Part shown: one piece after another, positions 18,394 through 27,128 of the stretch
Numbering within the stretch: the first letter of the stretch is position 1
Layout of the letters: each line of letters begins with the position of its first letter
Source: a virus
Virus record (IMG/VR): IMGVR_UViG_3300033571_019687
Span: 32,001 to 96,000 of that record
Reading direction: 5' to 3' (one strand)
Length of the DNA: 64,000 bases
Made by a program: the position numbers and the translations under genes
The notes under the pieces: model-generated
Databases searched by the model: none
What the model was told of the DNA's origin: nothing
Seen by the model: only the letters and a program-made list of their open reading frames with translations

Positions 18394-21300
18394 ATGGTTA
18401 CAGTTAGAAAATCACCGGGTGTTTACTCTACAGAGTCTTTTCCTGTTACAGCAACTGAAAGCGTTGGTGTTACAACCGCAGTAATGGCGGGTGAAACATT
18501 GAAAGGTCCAGCATTTCAGTCAGTATTTGTAAACAGGTTTGATACATTCAAAAGACTTTTTGGAGGTACAAGCCCTGAAAAATTCAAAAATACTCAATTA
18601 CCTAAATATACACTACCTTACGATGCTAAATCATATTTAACACAATCTAATCAATTGTATGTTATTAGAGTTTTAGGTTTATCTGGATATGATGCTGGTA
18701 GAGTAGCAATGCTTAGAACTATAGGTGCGCCTGATATTGAAGAAAGAGGTGCTGAAATCGAAAATTTAGGTGGTGATGGAGATTTTTATCTTGTTAGAGA
18801 AACCACTGGAAGTACTACTACATTTTATGTTGCAACATCTACAGGTGGTACATCTTTAGACCCGTTAATACCATTTGTTACAGGTTCAACAACATTTGCT
18901 GATCTTGATAGTAGTGTAATGACAAGAGTTGCATCTGCATTAAATACATATTTTAACCCATCAGTAACTGGATCAACAACTTGGTCGTCAGGTGATGGTT
19001 TCTATTGGGGTTTCTTTGGTGATGGTGATTTATCAGAGCTTGGTAATGATCCACAAAACTTTAACAGTATGTATGTGTTACCTGCTGATGTTGATTCTGC
19101 TGATTTAAATGATTATATCGTTTATAATGATAGTAAATATTTTGCAGATGATGATAATTTTATCCTTGGTGCATTTGCATTAAGAGTAACAAATACTACA
19201 CCAATTGTTAGTGGTACTAAAAGGTTTTATGCAGCTAAATTTATTGGTAGAAGAAATAGGCTAGACCCAAAAATTGATTACCATAAAGTAGGTGTAGCAT
19301 CACTTAGATCTAAAGGATTTATGTCTGGTGAAACATTAGTATTTAACTCTGATTTATCAGATGTTACCATGTCATCATTTAATACTGATATAACTAAAGA
19401 TGCTTTAGGTGAATTTGTTTTAAGTGTTTCAACAGGTGATGGTTATGCTCAGTTTGTTGTATCACTTGATAACAGTAAGAAATCATTTATTAAGAATATT
19501 TTTGGTAGTCATAATACAACAGCTAATGCTGTGGCTTATTGTGAAGAATCTTATGACAAATGGCTTAAGAAACAGGTTGTTTATGGAAATGTTAGAGGTC
19601 TATTCTTAGATACCAACGGTGTACCAAATTCAAGTGATTTTGACCATTACAGACATCAATATCAAACACCTACAACTCCATTCTTCGTTTCAGAAAAACG
19701 TGGTGACAGTGTTGTTGATTTGTTTAAATTCCATTTAATTAGTGACGGTGCAGATGCAAATACATCAGTAAAAGTTTCTATTGCTGGTATTGATCTCCAA
19801 AGAAGAACATTTGATGTACAAATTAGAGACTTTAATGATACAGACGCTAATCCTGTTGTTCTTGAGAGATTCTTTAACTGTACTATGGATAAAACAAGTA
19901 CTGACTTTATCGGTAGAAAAATTGGTACTGTAGATGGTGAATATCCACTTAAATCTGCTTACCTATCAGTAGAGATCGCCGAGAATGCCCCTAACAACGC
20001 AATTCCGGCCGGCTTTAGAGGTTATGTAGTTAGAGAGCTAGAAGATGAGGCAAAGCCTATTATAGGGGTTTATAAGACGAAATACTACAATGCTGGCGAA
20101 GTTATCTGTGATACCACCGGATATGGTGATCTAGTTGTAAGTCCGGGTGATAAAATTAGAAAAGCTTATTTAGGTTTCTCTGACTTAAATTATGGATTTG
20201 ACACTGATTTATTGAAATTCAAAGGTAAAACAAATGATGGTGATTTTACTTATAACACAGGATCTGATTTTTCAACAAAAATCCAAGGTTTCCACTTAGA
20301 TGTTGCTGTTAGTGGTTTTACTGCACAGGGTCAATCTTATGAATATGAGTTTGAAACTGGTAAGTTTACTTTAGAAGGTGCTGATAACGCATCACCTGCT
20401 GTTAACCCTTATGCTAACATTCAAACAAGGAAATTTACTGCATTATTTGCAGGAGGATTTGATGGTTGGGATATTTACAGAGATACCAGAACTAATTTAG
20501 ATGAATATAAAATTGGTAGAACATTGTTTACTAATGGATTATCATCTGGAGTATTTGATACATTTGTATCAAGTGAAGATGGTGAAACTTATGGTACATC
20601 TGATTACTATGCTTACTTGATGGCATATAAGAAATTTGCTAACCCAGAAGATATTCTTTGTAATGTAATTACAACTCAGGGTATTGATGCTATTAATCAT
20701 ACTGAATTAGTTAATGAAGTTATTGAAATTGTAGAAGATTTTAGAGGTGATGCTTTGTATATTTACAACCTACCTGATATAGATCTATTCAATAACAATA
20801 ACCCTAATGATACTAGTACATGGTTATATCCTAAAGATATTTCTGTGGCATTAGAAGATACTGAAATTAATAGTACTTATGCAACTACATATTATCCTTG
20901 GATTCAAGTAGATGATAAAGATAATGCGGCTTATGTATTTATTCCTCCAACAGGTGAAGTACTTAAAAATCTTGCATTTACTGATAAAACTCAGTTCCCT
21001 TGGGTATCTTATGCAGGTTACAAAAGAGGTAGAATTAATGCAATTAAACCTAGATTTGTATTGAAAGCAGAAGATAGAGATACTCTTTATGATGCTAATA
21101 TAAATGCTATTGCTAGATTCCCTGATGTAGAAACTGTTATTTTTGGTAATAATACTACAAGTACTATTAACAATCCAATTAAACAAGTTAATGTTAGAAG
21201 ACTTATTCTTCAAATCAGAAGAGCATTATTCTCAATATCTAATAGTTTTATCTTTGATCAGAATGATGAAACATTGAGAGATCAATTCTTAAAACAAATT

Positions 21301-21483
21301 AGACCTATACTTGAGAATATTAAAACTAACAGAGGTATTTCTGCTTATAGAATAGCATTCGGTGATTCTCCTGATAGAAACACTTTAAGTGCAACAATCG
21401 AGATTGTACCAATCTCAGCACTTGAAAGAATCATCCTTAACTTCGTTGTAAACGAATCAGGAACACAGTTAACAGAAGGTTAA
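18394..21483 (+). CDS. Contractile tail sheath protein (gp18-like)
   Basis: SPGVYSTE, GETLKGPAF, ATYYPWI, PPTGEV, AGYKRG, INAI, NVRRL, PISALERIILNF. Confidence 0.93.
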   Translation: MVTVRKSPGVYSTESFPVTATESVGVTTAVMAGETLKGPAFQSVFVNRFDTFKRLFGGTSPEKFKNTQLPKYTLPYDAKSYLTQSNQLYVIRVLGLSGYDAGRVAMLRTIGAPDIEERGAEIENLGGDGDFYLVRETTGSTTTFYVATSTGGTSLDPLIPFVTGSTTFADLDSSVMTRVASALNTYFNPSVTGSTTWSSGDGFYWGFFGDGDLSELGNDPQNFNSMYVLPADVDSADLNDYIVYNDSKYFADDDNFILGAFALRVTNTTPIVSGTKRFYAAKFIGRRNRLDPKIDYHKVGVASLRSKGFMSGETLVFNSDLSDVTMSSFNTDITKDALGEFVLSVSTGDGYAQFVVSLDNSKKSFIKNIFGSHNTTANAVAYCEESYDKWLKKQVVYGNVRGLFLDTNGVPNSSDFDHYRHQYQTPTTPFFVSEKRGDSVVDLFKFHLISDGADANTSVKVSIAGIDLQRRTFDVQIRDFNDTDANPVVLERFFNCTMDKTSTDFIGRKIGTVDGEYPLKSAYLSVEIAENAPNNAIPAGFRGYVVRELEDEAKPIIGVYKTKYYNAGEVICDTTGYGDLVVSPGDKIRKAYLGFSDLNYGFDTDLLKFKGKTNDGDFTYNTGSDFSTKIQGFHLDVAVSGFTAQGQSYEYEFETGKFTLEGADNASPAVNPYANIQTRKFTALFAGGFDGWDIYRDTRTNLDEYKIGRTLFTNGLSSGVFDTFVSSEDGETYGTSDYYAYLMAYKKFANPEDILCNVITTQGIDAINHTELVNEVIEIVEDFRGDALYIYNLPDIDLFNNNNPNDTSTWLYPKDISVALEDTEINSTYATTYYPWIQVDDKDNAAYVFIPPTGEVLKNLAFTDKTQFPWVSYAGYKRGRINAIKPRFVLKAEDRDTLYDANINAIARFPDVETVIFGNNTTSTINNPIKQVNVRRLILQIRRALFSISNSFIFDQNDETLRDQFLKQIRPILENIKTNRGISAYRIAFGDSPDRNTLSATIEIVPISALERIILNFVVNESGTQLTEG

Positions 21484-21490
21484 TTTACTT

Positions 21491-21527
21491 AAAAAGAGGA
21501 GGTTATAAAAACTTCCTCTTTTTTTTT
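21491..21527 (+). terminator. Intrinsic terminator after the sheath gene
   Basis: AAGAGGAGGTT-ATAAA-AACTTCCTCTT followed by a T tract. Confidence 0.8.
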
Positions 21528-21568
21528 CATTTTCTCTTTGTTTTCTGAAAATATTCTTTATGCACGAC

Positions 21569-21757
21569 TATAATAATATATATTACTATAATATTACTTA
21601 TATATACTTAATACTATAGTATTATTAATAATATTAAGTATTATAGTTATTATTTATATTAGTATATTATATATAACTATTATTTATATTAATAATATAT
21701 ATTAGTAATTAATATTAAGTATTATTAATAGATATAATTAAGTAATATATTATTATA
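21569..21757. repeat. Ultra-AT-rich non-coding region with palindromes and direct repeats (candidate replication origin)
   Basis: About 190 bp of almost only A/T; palindromes at 21609-21624 and 21620-21633; imperfect terminal inverted repeats. Confidence 0.6.
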
Positions 21758-21819
21758 AGCCTTCATAAATGAAAAAATGATAATAGCAATAGTTCAGCAA
21801 AAAAAATAGTAAAAACATA

Positions 21820-21826
21820 CTACTTA
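21820..21826 (+). promoter_or_regulatory. Putative late promoter variant CTACTTA
   Basis: CTACTTATAGTTAAA upstream of the tube gene. Confidence 0.55.
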
Positions 21827-21864
21827 TAGTTAAAGATAATAAAAGTTAAAACAAATTTATTGAT

Positions 21865-22353
21865 ATGGCTGATTTATTGATGAAAATGCCTATACCTAAT
21901 GAACCATTAAAAAAGAATAGGTTTATTCTCAGATTCCCATCATCATTAGGTTTTAATGAGTACTTTGTTAAAAGTGCATCAAGACCTTCAATTACTACAA
22001 ATGAAATTGAAATTCCATTCCTGAATACATCAAAGTATGTAGCTGGTAGATATAGTTGGGATGCTATCAACGTTGAATTACGTGATGGTATTGGTCCATC
22101 TACTTCTCAGGTTGTAATGGAATGGGTTAGATTGGTTTCAGAAAGTTTAACTGGTAGACAAGGTTATGCTGCCGGTTATAAAAAAGAAGTTGAAATCGTA
22201 ATGATTGATCCAACAGGTAACGAAGTACAAAAATGGATTTTATTTGGTGCATGGCCTTCAAAAGCAGACTTTGGTTCACTTGATTACGGTGATGATGAAG
22301 TTGCAACCATTTCAATGACACTTAGGATTGATTACGCAGAACTTATTTACTAA
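21865..22353 (+). CDS. Tail tube protein (gp19-like)
   Basis: EPLKKNRFILRF, YVAGRYSWD, VMEWVR, YKKEVEI...DPTG..VQKWILFGAWP; 162 aa following the sheath. Confidence 0.92.
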   Translation: MADLLMKMPIPNEPLKKNRFILRFPSSLGFNEYFVKSASRPSITTNEIEIPFLNTSKYVAGRYSWDAINVELRDGIGPSTSQVVMEWVRLVSESLTGRQGYAAGYKKEVEIVMIDPTGNEVQKWILFGAWPSKADFGSLDYGDDEVATISMTLRIDYAELIY

Positions 22354-22358
22354 AACTA

Positions 22359-22390
22359 TTTGGTTTTTAAAAAAAAGATTGTTATACTTG
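22359..22390 (+). promoter_or_regulatory. Bacteroidetes-type promoter (one mismatch)
   Basis: TTTG (22359-22362), 20 nt, TATACTTG (22383-22390). Confidence 0.5.
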
Positions 22391-22413
22391 TGTTTAAGTA
22401 TAGCTAGATAACA

Positions 22414-22446
22414 AAAGGCTGACTATACATCAGCCTTTAATTTTTA
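22414..22446 (+). terminator. Terminator-like hairpin
   Basis: AAAGGCTGA-CTATACA-TCAGCCTTT followed by AATTTTTT. Confidence 0.6.
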
Positions 22447-22458
22447 TAAAAAAAATAT

Positions 22459-23265
22459 ATGCCGACAGTTACAACAAAGAAATCAGATAAGAACGAATTG
22501 CAAGCACTAGGGTTTGCAGAAGCTAGGGACAGTTATGACTTGGTTTACTTACCAAGCCAAGGTAAATACGGTACTGTATATGGTGAGAGTATCAAAGTAA
22601 GTCACCTTAAGGCTATTGATAGTAATATCTTAACATCAGTAAGACTTATGTCAGAAGGTTTACACTTAACAACCCTTGTTGATAAAAAACTTGCTTATGA
22701 AGATACAAAAATTAAAGCCAATGACTTGTTGGTTGGTGATTTTATCAAAGTTTTGCTATTTCTTAGAACAACATCAGGTTATGGGGATGAATTTATTGTT
22801 AAGTTAACAGATCCTAAGACCGGTGAAGTATTTGATCATTCAGTAGACTTATCATCAATCAAAATTAAAGATGTTGAAGTTTATCCAAATGAAGATGGGT
22901 TATTAGAATATACTCTTCCTCATAGTAAAAAACCTGTATTGTTTAGGTATTTGACGATTGGTGAAGAAAGAGAAATTGCTGAAAGAGACCAAAAAACAAT
23001 GCAACTTAGAAATACAACCATTTCAAATATTGAAACTCTTAGACTTGTTGCTCAAATCCAGTCATTAGATGGAGAAACTGATAAATCAAAAATACAGACA
23101 TTTATTGAAACACAAATGTCAATGAGAGATATGGTTGAATTTAAGAAATTTGTTGTAGCTAATGAACCGAGTGTTGACTTGGAAATTGAGGCCAGAGGTC
23201 CTTCTGGTGCCACGTTTCAAACAGATTTTCCAATTGAAGGACTCTTATATTTCAATAATGTCTAA
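22459..23265 (+). CDS. Tail/baseplate assembly chaperone (T4 gp26-like)
   Basis: VYLPSQG, LLVGD...LLFLRTTSGYG, FTLP-like YTLPHSK..VLFRYLTIGEE; position between tube and tape measure. Confidence 0.7.
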   Translation: MPTVTTKKSDKNELQALGFAEARDSYDLVYLPSQGKYGTVYGESIKVSHLKAIDSNILTSVRLMSEGLHLTTLVDKKLAYEDTKIKANDLLVGDFIKVLLFLRTTSGYGDEFIVKLTDPKTGEVFDHSVDLSSIKIKDVEVYPNEDGLLEYTLPHSKKPVLFRYLTIGEEREIAERDQKTMQLRNTTISNIETLRLVAQIQSLDGETDKSKIQTFIETQMSMRDMVEFKKFVVANEPSVDLEIEARGPSGATFQTDFPIEGLLYFNNV

Positions 23266-23425
23266 ATTTCTTGAAGATGATGGAAAGGTTAGTATTGACC
23301 AAGTATATCAACTAATAAGATTTGGTTTTTTGGGTTATGATGAGTTAATGCAAATGCCTAGATATTTATTAAAATATTTTTACGAAAAAGTTGCCAGTGA
23401 ATCTAAAAAAGATGATCTTGTCTAA
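23258..23425 (+). CDS. Small chaperone-associated protein (T4 gp51 / P2 gpE'-like)
   Basis: ATG 23258 overlaps the upstream stop; GYDELMQMPRYLLKYFYEK resembles the 'EL..MP' motif of these proteins. Confidence 0.5.
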   Translation: MSKFLEDDGKVSIDQVYQLIRFGFLGYDELMQMPRYLLKYFYEKVASESKKDDLV

Positions 23426-23429
23426 AATA

Positions 23430-23448
23430 GCGGGGCTTATGGCCCCGC
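23430..23448. terminator. GC-rich hairpin (T tract only on the minus strand)
   Basis: GCGGGGC-TTATG-GCCCCGC. Confidence 0.5.
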
Positions 23449-23450
23449 AA

Positions 23451-23457
23451 CTATTTA
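23451..23457 (+). promoter_or_regulatory. Putative late promoter CTATTTA
   Basis: CTATTTAATATAAAA upstream of 23474. Confidence 0.6.
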
Positions 23458-23473
23458 ATATAAAACTATTATT

Positions 23474-24325
23474 ATGAAAAGAGACACATTACTTGAAACT
23501 AGACTTAAGTTTGATAAGCTTACTAATAAAAAACCTGTTAATGAGATTATTAAAAGTACATTTAATAGGTTAGCTAACTTTTTTGATAAAGGTAAATATG
23601 CCGCAGCTAAAAGCGTTAGTCCAACTGATGATTATATGTATGATACATATTTCAATACTAGTCAGCCTAATTCAGGCATGCGTGATAGATTAGAAAAACT
23701 TATAGAAGAGATAATTTCAGAAATTCCAGCATTAAAATCAATTTATTATGATAATAATTTAAATGAATACGATGTTGAAACTTTTTTATATGATTATGGC
23801 CGTAATAAAGTTAAAGCTATTGTAAATGATGATATTTTATACGGTGAAATTGTAGATTCAATTGAATCCGCTCAATTCCTTGAAAGAGATGATGATAAGA
23901 TTTTAACTTACTCACAAACAATTAAGAAAATTATATCCTTAATTGAAAGTTTTATAGATGAATTAAACAACTCTGGTAGTTTACCTATTGTTAACACAAA
24001 TAGTAAACTTAAAGACATAGTAAATCTATCTGTTAGTTACGAAAATGAATTAACATCTTGTTTACAAAAGATGAAAGATTTCAAATACGATTCCACAATG
24101 AATTACGAAAAACATATAGGATTAGCATTTGGTGGTAAAGGTAGGACAGTATTGATTGAATTTAAACCTGTAAGCGGCGGTAATGCAGTTGTATCAGATT
24201 TTTTAGATAATTTATATGCTTTTTATCAAAATGCTAGATCAAAAGGTAATGCTAGTACATTTAGCTTTAAAACATTTGATAAAACCTTTAAAAATAACTT
24301 AAATAGATTATCAGTTTCGGTATAA
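23474..24325 (+). CDS. Hypothetical 283-aa protein
   Basis: ORF coupled to the tape measure gene by TAATG. Confidence 0.7.
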   Translation: MKRDTLLETRLKFDKLTNKKPVNEIIKSTFNRLANFFDKGKYAAAKSVSPTDDYMYDTYFNTSQPNSGMRDRLEKLIEEIISEIPALKSIYYDNNLNEYDVETFLYDYGRNKVKAIVNDDILYGEIVDSIESAQFLERDDDKILTYSQTIKKIISLIESFIDELNNSGSLPIVNTNSKLKDIVNLSVSYENELTSCLQKMKDFKYDSTMNYEKHIGLAFGGKGRTVLIEFKPVSGGNAVVSDFLDNLYAFYQNARSKGNASTFSFKTFDKTFKNNLNRLSVSV

Positions 24326-27090
24326 TGCTTTTTAATAAGATTAGTAATAGTGTAGTTCAACCAACAACAGCTAGTGCCGTTAGTGCTAGTAACTTAGCTA
24401 TTGTGGAACAAATACTCAGATTAACATCTGATATGGTCGATGAACAAGATAGAATTAATTATCGACTAAAAAAGACTAACGGTCTTTATAATAAAGCTAA
24501 ATTGTTTCTTAAAACACGTGCAGATTTATCTAAGAATTACCTAAAAACTCAAGAAGATGAGTATATGTTAGGTAAAAAAATTCAAAGACTTGATGAAGTT
24601 AGAAATAAATTTGTTAACAGTAATTTAAAAACTAGTAAAGCCATTGTAAAAAATATTGAAAAACAACTTATAGAGCAAAAAACTTTACTTGCTCTTAAAA
24701 AAGTTGAACAAGATGCTTTAGTTGAAAATTTTAGTAACTATAAAAGACTCAATGAGATGTATCGTAGTTTTCTAAATAACTACGATAGTTACATGTCATC
24801 TATTAATATGTCAATGAGTATATTTAAAGGATCATTTAAACTTATTGGTGCATATCTTGATTTAGTATTCTCACCTTTCAAAAAAGGTTTTCAATTCTTT
24901 TTAGATTTCCAAAAAACATCGGGTAATTTAGCAGCAGATTTGGGATTAAGTGCCAAAGAGTCAAAAACACTTAAAAACCAAATGTACGATTCTTTTATTT
25001 CAGCTACTTTATTAGGTGGTAAATTAGAAGATGTTGCAACTGTAATAAATTCGTTTTCAGAATCACTTGGTAAAAATAGAATTTTCTCACCAGATGAATT
25101 AAAAAATATTATAGAACTAGGTTTAGGTACTAAACTTGGTGTTCAAGGTGCAACAGAATTAGTTGCTGAATTTAGTAAAGTAGGTTATTCACTTAATGAT
25201 ATTATTAAGTCAACCGGTAAAATTAGAGACTCAGCAGCTAAACTAAATCTTAACAGTACAAAGCTATTAGCGACCTATCAGGGACTCTTTAAATCTTTTA
25301 TAGGATTTGATATGTCTAGGAACTTGAAGGCTTTTGGGGAGCTTGCAAATAAGGCTACAAGCCTAAGATTGGATTTAAGTGGAGCATCTGCATTAGCTGA
25401 TAAATTATTTGATCCAGAAGGTGCTGTTGAAGCTGCTGCCAAGATTGGTGTATTAGGAGGAAAATTTTCACAAATGTTTTCTGACCCTTTTAATTTAATG
25501 TACGCAGCACAAAATGCGCCACAAGAGCTTTATGAAAATATGATTAAAGCTACCCAAGGTATGGCAAGAAAAGGTGCTGATGGTAGTTTCTTTGTTACAC
25601 CTGCTGATAGAAAAATTATAACAGAATTTGCTACTAGTTTAGGTATAGATGGTAAAAACTTAATTGAAGTTGCAATAGAACAAGCTAAAGTTACTGATAA
25701 AATGGCAGCTTTAGCAGGTAAGGGTATAAACATGTTTGGTGTAAATGATGAAGATAGACTTGCTATTTCTAATCTTATAGAACTTAGAGATGGTAATTAT
25801 ACTATTAAAATGTCTGATGGTTCTACCAAACTTTTATCACAAATTACATCAAAATCCGAATTTGATAAAATTTTAAAAGAAAGAAAAGCTAATGAAGACG
25901 CTGCTATTGGTAGACAAAATATGTTAGAAAGACTTGGACTTGTTGCTGATAGATTTTTAGCAGCATTTAGTAAATCTTTTGATAAACTATTCGGAGGTAG
26001 TAAATTTGATACATTTTTGAAGGGTGTAGATAAAATAGGTGTTACTTTTGGTAATCTTGTGTCTAGTCTATTAAGTAAAGATGGCGAAATATATTCAACA
26101 TTTGATGCAATGATTAATAGTGCAAATGGGTTATTTTCAACACTTGATGTAATTTTCAAAGATCCAACAAAATCATTTGGTCAGAAAATAGGTGATGGGT
26201 TTATTGCCTTGGTTAGACAAATGAAAGATCCTATTATGTCAGTTATAGGTATGGCTGTTAAGACATTGGTACCATTAATTAAAATTCCTATAATTGAAAC
26301 TCTTAGATTATTAGAGAATATACCAGTAGTAGGCGGTTTGTTTGGTGGTGCTCGTAGGGGATTAGAGAGAAGTGTTGTAAAAACACAAGTAGGTAATATG
26401 ATATATGGTGATCAATCACTTAACCCGTTAGGTTTTGGTGAAGCAGCACTTCAAAACAGTACATCATTGGGATTAAATGCATTAACTGGTTTATATAAAA
26501 ATGCCGGAAAAATAGCATCATCTACATTGCCTGAAAAACTACTTAAAAGTGGCGCAATGAGTGGTGCAAAAATACTTGGTAAAAATGTTTTAAAATTTAT
26601 ACCGGGAATAGGTCTTGTTGTATCTGGTTATGAAGCAATGGATAATTTCTCAAAAGGAAATTATGTTAGAGGTGGATTAAATTTAGTTTCTGGTGCAGCA
26701 TCATTTATACCGGGTATAGGTACAGCAGTATCATTAGGAACTGATTTAACTGCAACTGGTATTGATATTGCAGAATCCATGAGTAATCCAGAAAAGGTTA
26801 ATGATTTAATTATTAGCAAACATGGTGCATTTAAGGCTGATAAAGGCGATCTTGTAATGGCATTACATGAAGACGGTTTTAAAAAATCAACAAAAGAAGA
26901 GTCTTCTGTAATGAAAGTTGAACATAGTGGAGTAATTACATTACAGTCAACAGATGGTAAGTCTATAACTATAGATATGCTTGAGGCTAATAAGTTAAAT
27001 ATAATGGCATGGATAGCAAGTAATATGAAAGGTATAAATACTGGATCAATTACGCACACACAAAACGAATTACCTGTTGCCCCTTTATAA
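24325..27090 (+). CDS. Tape measure protein
   Basis: 921 aa, coiled-coil N-terminus, A/G-rich helical middle, KFIPGIG/SFIPGIG repeats near the C-terminus. Confidence 0.8.
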   Translation: MLFNKISNSVVQPTTASAVSASNLAIVEQILRLTSDMVDEQDRINYRLKKTNGLYNKAKLFLKTRADLSKNYLKTQEDEYMLGKKIQRLDEVRNKFVNSNLKTSKAIVKNIEKQLIEQKTLLALKKVEQDALVENFSNYKRLNEMYRSFLNNYDSYMSSINMSMSIFKGSFKLIGAYLDLVFSPFKKGFQFFLDFQKTSGNLAADLGLSAKESKTLKNQMYDSFISATLLGGKLEDVATVINSFSESLGKNRIFSPDELKNIIELGLGTKLGVQGATELVAEFSKVGYSLNDIIKSTGKIRDSAAKLNLNSTKLLATYQGLFKSFIGFDMSRNLKAFGELANKATSLRLDLSGASALADKLFDPEGAVEAAAKIGVLGGKFSQMFSDPFNLMYAAQNAPQELYENMIKATQGMARKGADGSFFVTPADRKIITEFATSLGIDGKNLIEVAIEQAKVTDKMAALAGKGINMFGVNDEDRLAISNLIELRDGNYTIKMSDGSTKLLSQITSKSEFDKILKERKANEDAAIGRQNMLERLGLVADRFLAAFSKSFDKLFGGSKFDTFLKGVDKIGVTFGNLVSSLLSKDGEIYSTFDAMINSANGLFSTLDVIFKDPTKSFGQKIGDGFIALVRQMKDPIMSVIGMAVKTLVPLIKIPIIETLRLLENIPVVGGLFGGARRGLERSVVKTQVGNMIYGDQSLNPLGFGEAALQNSTSLGLNALTGLYKNAGKIASSTLPEKLLKSGAMSGAKILGKNVLKFIPGIGLVVSGYEAMDNFSKGNYVRGGLNLVSGAASFIPGIGTAVSLGTDLTATGIDIAESMSNPEKVNDLIISKHGAFKADKGDLVMALHEDGFKKSTKEESSVMKVEHSGVITLQSTDGKSITIDMLEANKLNIMAWIASNMKGINTGSITHTQNELPVAPL

Positions 27091-27104
27091 AAAATACATA
27101 AAAT

Positions 27105-27111
27105 CTATTTA
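27105..27111 (+). promoter_or_regulatory. Putative late promoter CTATTTA
   Basis: CTATTTAACACTAAA upstream of 27129. Confidence 0.6.
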
Positions 27112-27128
27112 ACACTAAAGAGGTTTTC

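Noticed and set aside
21560-21760. CRISPR array in the AT-rich gap
   Set aside because: Repeats are short, low-complexity and irregularly spaced, with no unique spacers and no cas genes
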